Source of the DNA: Kudoa neothunni
Lineage: Eukaryota; Animalia; Cnidaria
Assembly (NCBI GenBank): GCA_964304625.1
Contig: OZ199838.1
Location: forward strand, 3,436,440-3,500,439
Direction: 5' to 3'
Length of the DNA stretch: 64,000 nt
Shown one piece after another: positions 26,543 through 39,035 of this stretch. The notes beneath the pieces are model-generated. The model worked only from the letters and a program-made list of their open reading frames with translations, had not been told where the DNA came from and ran no database searches. A program made the translations under genes and the position numbers. The number at the start of each line of letters is the position of its first letter. Position 1 is the first letter of the stretch.

Positions 26543-27201
26543 TCAAACAAAAAGAGCTCTTAAAAGTGAAGCTTCATTAGCCATTTCATCTTCTGATCGA
26601 AAATTTGACTTCTCTAACTCCAATGGAACTTTATCATGTAGCCTCAACTGTTTAAAAATAGATTAACATTTCACATAACTATTTCAATTTAGCATACATG
26701 TTCGTACACTTCATCGTTGTCAAAAAAGTCTCCTTTTCGACGAGGCAAAAGATGCACATGAACATGCTAAACAAAATATTCATCTTAGATGTGGGGGATT
26801 CAAGTGAAATGGTGATGACGTACGGGAATTGATTGACCTGCATCCTCGCCATCCTATAAGCGAGAGTCACAGCGAATACACACAGATCACATCAACCTGT
26901 ATATTTATTGTTAGAGAGGTTGCATTGTAAAATTTTTCCAATTTTTCTGAAATTGCTTTGGTGGTTAAAAATAAATCACTCACCTCTTCATCAGTTAATT
27001 GACAGAAACGTCTAACAACCTTCTTAGGACTTATCAGCACATCTAAAAATTATGAATTTTGGAAAAAAAACTTCACATTCTACGTCCTGTGACGACAGGT
27101 TTTCTATTGACGAATGCAAATGACAAATTTGTCTCGTAAAATATTATATTCGGATGAATCAACGCTGTGCCGAATAACTGCACACATCTACCACTTGACA
27201 T
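26543..27201 (-). CDS. FHIT: Bis(5'-adenosyl)-triphosphatase (fragile histidine triad), multi-exon
   Basis: [90 protein letters not shown]; intact HVHVH triad. Confidence 0.95.
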
Positions 27202-27704
27202 TTATAATAATATTCTTAAAGTTTCGTTAATTATATATATAGTCGTTCTCTAATAAGCTATAGTGTGAAGTTCTAAAGATTCAAAAATATAACGCTAGCC
27301 AAATGTTTTTCGTGGCATACGCATGCGCGACTAGTCACATTGATATTTTGCATTGAAATATTTAATATTTTGTCCATTTATAAATAAATTATGATTTATG
27401 TGTATGTTTATCTAATAAAGAGCTTCCTTTAGGCTCAATTATTTACTGACAAAATTTAAAAAAATCAAAACATTAAATTCGTTTTACTAATAATTTTTGG
27501 CGCAAGGTGGTGGAGTTATCTTCATAAGTGGTGGTATGAGGTTTAGAAAATAAAAAAACTCGGGAGGCGGTGTTTTGTAGTGATTCAACTGAATTATGTT
27601 GTTGTAATATTCCTTATATGTATTTTAATCTTTCAATAGTATGATTAGACCGTCAAAGTTAAAAACGAAGGTTGATTTTTATCTATATAACACGAAAATA
27701 AGTA

Positions 27705-29157
27705 CAGTAGGTTATCGATTTTATATTCATTTACTTTTCCTTCATTTATATATGGTTATTAAAGTTAAAAAAATTTCGGTAAACTAAGAAAGTTTATTTT
27801 ATGCAATTAAGATTAAAAGTTACAAGAGAAAAATAATTTATAAAGGCGTTTTTTATAAAACTAGGGATTATCGATTTTACTTAACTTTTCGTCTACAACC
27901 CAAATTTTCAAAATCCTATTTTTTAATTAATTACATCCATGATAACATTGTAAATAATTTAGACGTAAGGTTGAGTTTAATATTTTCCCATTTTTAAGAA
28001 TTTGCGAGTAAAAACCGGTAAATCTTCTACATTCTTGGACGATTTTGATCTCGTACCTATTTATGCGTTGAAAACTATTGAAACAATAATGTCGAATTGA
28101 TTTCCTCGTTAATATAAGTTTGGATTCATTCAAAAGAAACATTCCGGATGGGAGATTAAATAATAATATTTTTGTTATAGTTTATAATTGATTAAAGGTA
28201 TTTAAGCCAAGAAACCCGATTTATTACAGACGACTAAATGTGGGAAAAATTGATAAAGGAATTAAATTAAAATAATTTATTACTTATAGGATCTATTATA
28301 ATTATAGATCGCGCCTTAATTTAAAATAGATAAATTTTGTTGGATGGCCATTTATGCACTCAAAACTGTTACTATAACTAGTAGAACACATTAAATGATA
28401 TCATTGCAATATCTTCTATCGACTTTTTTTACTAATATATAAATCTACACATTTCAATTAAAAAAATAATGTCAAATAATTTTCTGTATAAATTTTTCGA
28501 GATAAACTTTGATTTACGCATGGATTCCAATTCACATCTAGTAAAGACATCTAAAATGTTTTATGAGCTAATTTTATACGGCTACTTTTGGTAGTTGATT
28601 AGATCGTTCTTTGATTTGTCATCAGGAGAATTAACGAGTTTTTAAAGGCAGTACAAATTACCCCATATAATGTGAGTAAAATAAGAAAGCAAGAACGATG
28701 ATGAAATCTTTAAATAAACCTAACTTGTTAAAATAATAATTTCTAAAATATTGCTAACAATTTGTATGTATGTCTCTGTAGTTTAATTTTTAACAATTAA
28801 ACTAAATTATTTAACGTCTTTCTTGTATTTTTCAAAAAATTTATAAAGTTAACTATTATCTCTCAATAAACGCATAATTTGCTTTTCAAAGTCCAACTAT
28901 AAAAGTATTTCGGTTAAAAACCACATTATTGAAAATGATACCGATCTAAATACATAACCACCAGATTTTCTTCAATTTTTTTAAAAGATAAAAATCCTTC
29001 TAAACGTTAATAACTGTGAATTTAATTATATTACAACAACAAAAAATATTTAATTGCCCGAGCATGCCTCAAAAATGTACGGAAAATCGGTCAGTGATGC
29101 ATTTTCAGTAACTTTTCTCTGGTCCCGAGGGGATTACGGAAAATCGATTCCCTACTG
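27705..29157. mobile_element. Non-autonomous or decayed pogo/Tigger-type element
   Basis: TA|CAGTAGGTTATCGATTTT at the left and AAAATCGATTCCCTACTG|TA at the right, i.e. TIRs plus a TA duplication. The subterminal GGTCCCGAGG resembles the element at 51979. Confidence 0.7.
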
Positions 29158-29405
29158 TATAATTTTTACAAATATCAAATTATTTCTAATAAAAAACAAA
29201 CAAATTACTTTATTTTAAATTCTAATCTTATGAGTTGAAAATAACTCTGCCAAATTATGATTTATCATGTTATTATAATTACCTCGAATAATCCTACACT
29301 TATGATTTGTGACGTAGTAAATGGAGTTTTTCACTAAAATAATCTCGATAAGTAATAGTACAAACATGAGAGCTTTTCCTACACCTCTATCTAAACTTCA
29401 ACGAA

Positions 29406-29633
29406 ACTCAGACAGGTTATAGCACACCTTCTATATCCCAGAATACGGCTGCGGGGAGTCTTGACAACCTTAATTTTTGTTGAATAAAAATTATGCATTA
29501 ATCGTTATTAATCAATAACGCATAACCCGTCTGCAAACTCTAAAATTATCTACTCTAATAATAGATAAAAGAGTTAGTGAGACGTGTCAAAATGCTATGT
29601 TTTAAGCTGATTTTGATATAACCTGCCTCAGTT
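29406..29633. repeat. Short inverted-repeat-bounded element (possible MITE)
   Basis: AACTCAGACAGGTTATA at the left versus TATAACCTGCCTCAGTT at the right. Confidence 0.4.
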
Positions 29634-30475
29634 TAAGACTGAATCATTTATTAACATTCAAAACATCTAAAGTTTCCTGATTTTTATTTTTAAGCAAAAT
29701 TTAAATAATGATAAACATTATACTTAATTAAAAGTTGATGTTTTGGAAAGAAACAAAAATTAATTCACTAGAGGACTGTTCATTAAGAAATCTTATTCTA
29801 GTGAAATCCAGCTCGTATTACAACGAAAATTTCATACAAAATATATTTATTTTAAAATTCAAGCAATATTTGTTAATAGAATAAATACAAAAACTACTTA
29901 AATATCATATTTCACATATTAATTTATATTTTAAAGATAAAATCTCAGCAAAAAGTGTCATCAAACTCCGTATAATATTTAGATGAGAATAATGAAGATT
30001 AAATCAGACAATATGAAAAATAGTTGGATTCGTTGGGAGTAACAACAACTCGTAACACAACAAAAGTTCATTTAGTCTAGGAGCTAAAGATTAGTAAGGC
30101 GTGTTTAACGTGCATAGATTTTGTTATTTGAAATATTTTCAAATGTTTAAACAATAAAACCAATGATAATATTTGTTCAAAAAATTCTCGTAAGAAATTT
30201 CTCAACTAACTTATTCAAAGCGTACGTAAAAATGATTCGACTAACCAAGTTATATATTAATGCAAAAATGTAACCAAAATTCTATAAATAATACTTTAAA
30301 ATTGTTTTTAGTGAAAATTATTTCAGCGGAGCTAAATCTACTTGTGAAAACAGCCCTGTTTCGTGGTGATAATCCATGCCAAATAACCAGTTGAACGTGT
30401 TTATGAGAGGATTGTAATATTCGTGAGTTCGTTGAGTAGTCTTCACTCAATACCCAGATTTGATCAAGCGTAATC

Positions 30476-31019
30476 ATGATGAAATTCTTCTTTTTCGTTT
30501 TGGCAATAATTGTGGCCTTGGTGATGAAAGTAAAACTAGATGCGGATATAGAGGGATGTGAATGTGTTGTTGACACCACTTTGACCAACACTGAAATCCC
30601 AAAATCAAGCCCATACTATCGAGACCTATCATACAACTATGATGAATTAGACAAAGATGAGAATAGTTCTGACGTTGAAGAGATATCTTCGATTCTAGAG
30701 GATAAACTGATTTCAATCTATGATTGTTCAAAAGAAACCCTCAAAATTGAACCAATTTCTCTTAAAAGAGTAACTGTTGCACCTACTGACTTTATTCGTC
30801 TATCACTCTCAAATAATTAAACTCTGATTATAGATTCCAGGAAACGAAGTTCCAAACAAGGACGTATACTTTCTCAGAAGTAGTGTGTTGTGTACGGCAA
30901 AAGGAGAGGAAAGCAGTCCAACATTTGACGAATGTATCGTAATGTCTGCCAACGATAAAAATAAACCTAAATGTTGTTCCGCTATCTATTGCTTGACTCT
31001 TGATAAGACCAAGCTTTGA
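30476..31019 (+). CDS. Secreted cysteine-containing orphan protein, two exons, possibly SEA-like
   Basis: Signal peptide MMKFFFFVLAIIVALV. One GT..AG intron (~30770-30833) joins in frame to IPGNEVPNKDVYFLRSSVLCTAK..KPKCCSAIYCLTLDKTKL*; 8 Cys in total. Confidence 0.7.
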
Positions 31020-31214
31020 GCAGACGCATCAACGTCCTTAATCATACCGATAATTAGCACTTATAATAAAGTAGTTTAGATACAAGAAAAATAATAGTTC
31101 AAAAAATATCTATTAACTTAAAATAACAAAAATAGTTTTTTTTCTGCTCAACAATACAAACTAATAACAGTCAACATGCAAATTGCTCTAATCCAGTAGC
31201 GACTGGATCAAAAA

Positions 31215-34200
31215 TTAGCGACGTTTTTTCAAATTAGGAGTTCCAGCGGCTTTCTCCGAGGCTGAAAGTTGGTTGGCTGTAGTTAGTTTTGGTTTGCGAG
31301 CAACATTTGTTCTTGTTTGTTTCTTAGTGGGGGAAGCTTTTATATTCTTTTTCACATGTTGTCTTTTTGGTTTTTTATCCACTGATTTGTCGACTAAATA
31401 AGAAATTATAAATATTAATTCATAGTTTCATCACATGAATGAATGAATAAATAAATAAACGTTTACGCTCAATTATTGAATCGATATCCAACGACTTATC
31501 GGATAGGAGAGATGAGAAACCACCATCAATCTGAACAGTAACATCAAATTTTTCTGGCACAGATGGATTTGAATCGGCAGTCAATGAGTTATGCAAACCA
31601 CTTTTATTATCAATGCTTTTATCATTGGCAGAGATTGAGTGACTGTTGGTTTGTTTTTTAAGTAGCAGTCGAGGTGATCTTTTAACAGATTGAGTAGGTA
31701 CATTGGATTTTTTAGGAGTTCGTTTAGGAGTAAGTTTTGGTTTCGGCAGAGTCTCACTACTCTTGCTCTTACGACGTTTCACGGGAACTTCAGTAACTTT
31801 TATCTCCCCAGAGGTGAGAGCAGTAAGATCTTTGGGGCTGCTTTGAGACAGTTGTTCATCTGCGATGGTAGGTGAACATATTTCAGATAGTTTAGATTTG
31901 GATTTAGTATTTACAGGGGTGGCAAAATTATTATTATTATTAAGTTGGTCCACATTATTGTCAACATTGGTGCGATTGTGGTCGATGATTTGGGAAGTGT
32001 TAATCGAGAGTTGTCCATTTGGATACAGTTTTGCGAAAAGACTCTCAACAAACACTCCAAACTTGTCGAGATAACGTCGCGCCACTTTGTCAGTGACCTT
32101 ATCATCCACCTTTTCGAACAAAAGTTTCAGTGATTTAACAGAAGTTTGATTTTGCGTGGAAATATGAAGCTGGGTGAGAAACTTGGATAGAATTCTAACC
32201 CAGTCATCGTCACTGTCGTCACAAAGAGCTTCATTGAGAATTTTGAACGCGAGTGAGTCATGCAGATTCACATCTGCATATTCGGCAGCGTTGGTTTTGA
32301 GTTGGTACCGCGGAGAGGTGAGCTCAACAAAAAAGTCCACCACAATATTTATTTTGATATCGGAAAGCGGCGACATATCTGGTGCGTTATAAATAGCTTT
32401 CAATGTGGGTAGAGCAGCATCGTCGAACAATTCTTGGTTTTTCTTGGACGAACCAGCAAATATAGGGAAAAACATTCCCAATGTTTTGCGGAGCGTTTCG
32501 TTGGTGGAGTTGTTGGGATTGTGCCACACAAGTATCAATTTGGACAACAACTCCGAACTGCGAATTCGATCCAACAACAGCAACTTGGCCATTCCACTTG
32601 CGATCAAGTTGTGCACATTACAACTCTCACTATCGAGGAAATTCAACAATATGTTCAGCATAGAATTGATTGTGTCAAGTTGATCGTTATAATTGTTGTT
32701 TGGTGCATTCTCAATATCATCTTTATCATTAATTTTATCTGCGTTTTCATTATCAATATCATCCACATTTTTATCATCTGGAATTTTTTCATCCAAAAAT
32801 TTGGTACCAAATGCCAAAATCACATCAAAGGAAGCACTAATAGCAGTCATCTGTACACTCTCGCAATCCATCTGCAATATTTGTAGCACAAGGAGGAGAT
32901 ATTTGCGAGCGATTTCTTTCGACCGAATCGAATACAAACCAAGATTGAGAACTGCCTCATTTCTCACTAACGGATCCACATTTTGAATAGAAGGTAGTAT
33001 AAGCGAGTGGAATAGCGTTTGTTGGGATGAGGTTAGCTCACGTAATTTAAGTTGCTTCAATAGTTCGCTATTGATAACCAAACAACGAATAACCACACTG
33101 GGATCGTCCAATTTCAACTCGTCATCTTCATCGTTGTTAAGTGCATGATTTTCCAATTGAGCTGCCATGGTTTCGTTTTGATTTTCGTCGTGTACACTAT
33201 TTTGAGGAGTGGTGACTGCATCTTTGATGGCTTGAACATTGTCGCGAAAACTCTGGTTCACTCTTGACAGTTGTTGAATGAGTTGTTGTTTGAGAAGGTC
33301 GATTTGATCGAATTTGGTTTTCATTTCGGCGGCACTGTAGAAATCCTGTCGAGTGATAGCTTCATCAATGTCATTCTTCAATGTCATCAGCTCAAAACGT
33401 ACATTGGCAAGTTCATGTTGAAGTTCGTCGGCGGATTTTTGCTCAAATGGATTCGCCTCAGCATTCGCCTGAAGTTGGTCTTCATTGGAAGCATTTAGAG
33501 TAGAATTTGCCGATTTGAAACTGTCATTGGATAAAACACTACCATGCGAGGATGAGGAAGGATGAGCTACAGCAGTAGTGGATAACGGTTTGAGATGATC
33601 TGAGATAATTTCGATAACACCTTCAATAGTTGGCGTTGTATTGACTGAAAAATGGATGGCTGCACCAACCACATCTGCAATCAACTCGATTGGAAGCTCT
33701 TTACAACCTAACACTTTCAAATAGAGGTTGTAGGCAGTCTGACGTCCTATTTCATCGCTCAAATCCATCATCGTCGTTATGCCGATCAACTTCTTGACGT
33801 TAAAAATCGCACCACTCAAAGTCAAACATGTGGAAGTAGCGTCGAGTTTTTGTTGCTGTAGCAAATTCGTATCGATGTAATCGGAGAGATGTTTACAAAA
33901 TTGGCTCAATTCTGGCAACACATGGTCCACAATGTGGTCGAAATCATTGCTGAAATAGTCTTGATATTTCACCACAGCATACCATAAAACTACATTGTCA
34001 CAATGAATCTCTTTCAAAAATTTGGTGTCGTTGTCAAGTAACGATTTCATTTCGTCAACAACACGATTTCTATCAACGACACTATTGCCAATGGGGAAAA
34101 TGTTTTGATTGGTAGCACCCAAAGGCAGGATTGTGGTAAACAAATACTGCAACAGTTGGTCAACTGTATCATTGTAGGTTTCAGGATCCAAATAGTTAAC

Positions 34201-35190
34201 CAGCTGACATAAACTTTGATTACAATCATCAATCCACTTTTTTAGCAACAGTATAAAATTTTGTTGGGAAGTGTTGCTATTTATTATATGTTTAACAAGT
34301 CGAATACGATCTTCAATAGAGAACATCTTGATTGAAACATTCTCTGATATAATTTTTAACGCTCTACTTCGAACTTCCTCTTTGCAATCATTTATACGTT
34401 GGAGTATGTGACCAATTGTGTGGTTGGTCAATTGCAAACAATCCAAAATAGCCAATCGCACATCCACACACAAATCACACTCTAAACTGTTGATAAATGC
34501 AGTAACGACGGTGCAATTGGCATCGGATGCATTTTGGAACCATTTTAAGGCGTAAATTGCAGCAATCCGTACAACTGTGATCTTGTCGCTCAATCGAACC
34601 ACTAAATATTGCTTGATTTTGTTGCATAGTTTGGTCGCAAGATCAACATTGTTTTTATTATGCTCCACAACAGATTGATTGTTGTTGTTGTTGTTGGTAG
34701 CGGTGAGTGTAGTGTTGTTGAGTAGAGAGGTGGATGAGGGATTCAAATTTGTAGCGGTTAATAGAAGTTGTAGTAACTGCTGAGGTATATGTTGAAAAAG
34801 TTTATCAAGAATGTAACACACATTCTGTCTCACTTGCTTACATTCGGAATTATGGTGAGCCAACAACGCTTCCACAATAGCCAACAATGTCCTATTAAAA
34901 CACACATTGTCTAATGTGAGAGAGTTGTTAGTTGTTTCACTCTCGAATGTAATCATTTTTCTACTGGTCAAATAATCCACTATTATATCAATAAATTGGA
35001 CTATATCGACTGATTTGTTGTTGTTTATTGGCATTAACAACAAGCGTTGAATGCAGTGCAAAAATTGGTTAACAAATTCATCATGTGCTAATTGGTTCTG
35101 AGATTCTTCCAACTCAGCCTTGAAAATAGTTGGATCAGACTCTTTACTGTAACATTTGCTAAAACAATCTGCCACAATTGTAGTGGTCAT
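31215..35190 (-). CDS. NCAPG: Condensin I subunit G (HEAT repeat)
   Basis: RLSDKITVVRIAAIYALKWFQ, DVRLAIL, LILPSIQNVDPLVRNEAVLNLGLY, GMAKLLL..SELLSKLILVWHNP..LRKTLGMFFPIF (Cnd3 domain). One intron lies near the 3' end; the last exon ends LKKRR* at 31215. Confidence 0.95.
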
Positions 35191-35349
35191 TTCCGACTTG
35201 GGACTAGTTTTGACTGCGCGAGCTGATTTAGAGCGGAATGTTTAAGCTGAAATATGCGTTTTAGCGCCAATGTTTTCTTGCTTACTTTGAAAAAATAAGC
35301 TCGTTGTTTATATTGCTAGTGTTATTTAATTTTCTCAAAATTTGATATA

Positions 35350-35570
35350 ATCGCACCTACTTATGTACTGTATTTTTGTGTGTAAACGAGCATATTCTCA
35401 TACTTTAGTAATTTATGTCGATGAATATGTTCTCATACTGTATTAATTTATATTGGCGAACATATTCTAATACTATATTAGTTTAATAAACTTAGATCAG
35501 CTCATATTGTAGTAGTACATGAAGAAGAGCATATTTTCATGTTATATTAGCTTTTATACAGACGAATGCG
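35350..35570. repeat. Degenerate ~35-bp tandem repeat, about 6 units
   Basis: Units such as ACGAGCATATTCTCATACTTTAGTAATTTATGTCG, ATGAATATGTTCTCATACTGTATTAATTTATATTG and GCGAACATATTCTAATACTATATTAGTTT. Confidence 0.65.
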
Positions 35571-36136
35571 AGCAAATAAATAGATTTTTGTATATTAAAA
35601 TTGCAGTATATAGAATTCAAGTGTTGTTTTATTATTTTTTTAAGTTGGTATTCATTAATTTATTCAACACCTAATTAGTGTGGTTGTTTTTCACTACGTA
35701 GCTAATTGTTATCATGGGACCACAGTAGAATAAAAGTAATGCGACAACTCGTCAGATTTTTCATATTAATGTTAAAGGATAAGTGAGACAATATCAATAA
35801 TTAGAATTTGTTTAAGTAGGAATAAATTCTGAGATGATGTTTGTTTTATAGTTGATAGAAAAATTTGCTCCATTAAAAATATTTTTCTAAGATATTTTAA
35901 ATGTATATTTTTCATATATTAGAATTTTAATATATTAAAAATAATTAATAAAAACAAATATAAATGATAAATAATATTTATTAGTGAGTGTTCCCATATG
36001 ACTAATTTACTAATTGATGAGAGCGGGAATAAGTTCCAAAATAGACTTGATCTATCCAAGTGTTTGAGTGGTAGATATATATATATATATATAAGTGGAT
36101 ATATTTGAGTGATCATTTGTCTTAAAACCTCGAAAC

Positions 36137-37130
36137 ATGCGATCCAACTACTACAATCAACGACTGGTATATTTTTTTGTCGAACAATTCTTATTATACT
36201 TGCTTGTGATACCCATTATTGTAGAAAAAACTTTATAACACCAACAACTTCAACACAAAAATTATTCTAACAAAATTTTCCAAATGGCAGAGTGTACAAA
36301 AACACCTTTGGTTGTATCTAATGAAACTACTGGAAAATTATGATAACAGACAAATACTCCAGTGGTCGGTATTGAATTGAAATTTAGAATAAGATTTCAT
36401 GTCATATCAATGACATGGATAATATATTAAAAAATCTCGGTTGATCTTTAGGGTGAAAATGGTGAATTCACATTACTGCTACCGGAAACCTTGTCGAAAA
36501 TGTGGGGTCAATTCAAAAACAACCCCCAAATGACCTATAGCAAACTTAGTCGGTCCTTGCGATATTATTACACTAGAAAAATTCTTACCAAAGTCCACAA
36601 AAAACGCTACACCTACAGATTCAACTTTTCCATAATATTAGTTAATAATTATGATTAAATTATTTTTAACGCATTATTATAACTATTAGACGAATATTAT
36701 TGGTATGGATTGTGATATAACCAAACAAAACATGAAACCAACAACTAATAACCCTCAATTATTCAACACCAGCAATTTTCCTGAACCTACTTCTTCTTTC
36801 ACCGACTTTCGGAATTCTCCATATGGAAATGATGAACTCAAGTAGCTTTACATTATATTTAGGTGATATTTGTATATAATAGCTTGTCTTAGGGAAAACA
36901 CTCAAGGTTCATTAAAACCCGAAATAACGCTTCCTACTCAGATTCAATCTAACCTTAAACAAATTCCGTTATTTCTGCAACCGATCCTCAATAATTGCGA
37001 AACTTTTCAAGCTCAGCTAATGACAACAGAGTTAATTACTCCATTAGCAATAAATGAAACCTCTTTAGACAGAAATTTCAATCCATTATTAAGGTGCAAC
37101 CAAAATCGAACTAGTCACTACAAATTTTAA
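36137..37130 (+). CDS. ETS-domain transcription factor, multi-exon
   Basis: HLWLYLMKLLENYDNRQILQWSG|ENGEFTLLLPETLSKMWGQFKNNPQMTYSKLSRSLRYYYTRKILTKVHKKRYTYRF at ~36300-36625. Start and 3' exons are approximate; subfamily not assignable by eye. Confidence 0.9.
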
Positions 37131-37565
37131 GGACGTTTTTGTGTTAGGTTTGGTTATTACAGTTTTGTCTCAATTTAGCGTCATTCGGTATTGTGTAGTT
37201 GATCAATATTTCTTAAATTTTCTTATCATATATAAATGTTGATACTGCTAAGTAATAATTACACTATTATCTCATAAAATATATGAAAAATTGTTGGTGA
37301 GTAAAAAAATTATTAAGAAATTGCAAAATGTTTCGTAATAATTTTGTATTGCATAGCAATCCTTGGGTCCAGAAAAACTTACGATTTGACATTGTGCGGT
37401 AAATTAGACCATGCCTAGAATAGGGAGGGACATTGACTAGAACCAAAATTATGAGTCATTACAATACAATTAAGTAAATGAAGGGTTCAAAAATGAGACG
37501 CTTCGAAAATCGATCTTAGTAGTAGAATAATGTTTTGTTGATTTTTTAATTTGGATAATTATGAA

Positions 37566-37765
37566 GGCACTGGCTATTGAGATGGACGTTTTTGATCCAA
37601 AATGGCAACTACTATTTATAATCGACCTATAAAGTTTATTTTTTAGAATCTGCTGTAATTAATTATTTTTGACACTTAAGAACGGCAGCGATGAGTCAAA
37701 AATAATTAAATGCGGTCAAAACTATATCTACCTGGCCATTATGGTCCGTGCCAATAGCCACTTCC
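37566..37765. mobile_element. MITE-like element, family A, copy 2
   Basis: AAAAATAATTAAATGCGGTCAAAACTATATCTACCTGGCCATTATGGTCCGTGCCAATAGCCA matches 6298-6360; TGGCTATTG / CAATAGCCA inverted termini. Confidence 0.65.
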
Positions 37766-39035
37766 AATGATAAAAATGGTGACACCTGAAAAACATTACT
37801 TGAGCGCGTCTTTTTAACGCCATTTTTTCACGATTCTTTTAAATAAAATAAATGAATATTGATTGTAAAAATGTTGCCTCGAGAAATAACTTCTCAATTT
37901 TAACCAAATCCCACTTCGATCAAAATCGTTCCCACTTGTAATCTCATTAAGTTTAGAAAAATTTGTGAATTTTCTTATTATTCGCATATTTTACACATTC
38001 GTTTCTTGAAATCACTTAATTTAATTTTTTTATTATGAAATGAACATGTTTTATAATGTCACACATCGTTTATTTCATGTCATTCCAATATAGGGTGTTT
38101 AAGTTTTGAAGGGGGTGATGACTTTTTTCTGTTTCTTGTTAGTTATGTAAAATGTTTCGTATCATTTTTACTAAATTTTAATTCAAAATAGCTCCAAATC
38201 ACTCAATTAATTGCCGAAATTTCGATTATTTCAACCAAAGAAAGCGCAAATTAAATATTATCAGGTCGTTTACTGAACAGTCTGCGTATGGCAGAAATAA
38301 TGTGGATTATGCTTTCATATATTAAAATAAAAAGTAATAACTCACCATATGTCACTCTCGTTAAATAAAATAGATGTAAAATTTAATTTCCCGGAAAAAT
38401 GGAGCTTTTATTTTAAACTCTGTTATATGTAGTCCGTCTCAAAACCAAACTTTAAAAAATTTTTTAATTATGTCGTTGGTGTAATGATCAAACCCTTTTA
38501 ACTATAAAAAAGATAAATTAAATATACAAACTGTTTCGGCGTGCTTCAAAAAAATTCGAAAACGCGGCCGTTCACCGTTCAGCATCCATCTGCCGAAGAA
38601 AGAATTTAACTAGGTGGGGAAGGTTTCATTGTAAATATAGATGAATGAACTCTCCCCCGAAAAAGAATAATAAAGAAGAGTTATTGATTGTAAAATTTTC
38701 AAGAAGAAGAATTCACATCCAAAAACTAAAGATATGTGTTTCTTTTGGGTAATATAAGAGTTTTTAATTAGATTTTTTGAAATCAAAATCTAAGAAACTT
38801 ACATAAAGACTCGGAGCATTAAGTAACTGAAATGGTTTGTTCTCTAAACAAATAACAAAACAGTTTATTTGTATGGAGGTATATTGACAGCACTGGAAAA
38901 CCTATTCGTATATTGAAATAAATTTCATATAATAATAAACCATTATGAAAATAATACTAACTAGGTTTTTATAAGAGAACGCATTAATTCTTATTCCATA
39001 CATCTTGAAGATAAACAACATAGTCAATAATATTT

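Noticed and set aside
6648-27201. Functional cluster of nucleotide-adduct enzymes (THG1L, macrodomain, FHIT)
   Set aside because: The genes are separated by unrelated genes and TEs; chance proximity in a compact genome is sufficient.
31690-34232. Many overlapping short ORFs on both strands within NCAPG
   Set aside because: These are shadow ORFs of a long coding exon with no independent coding signal.
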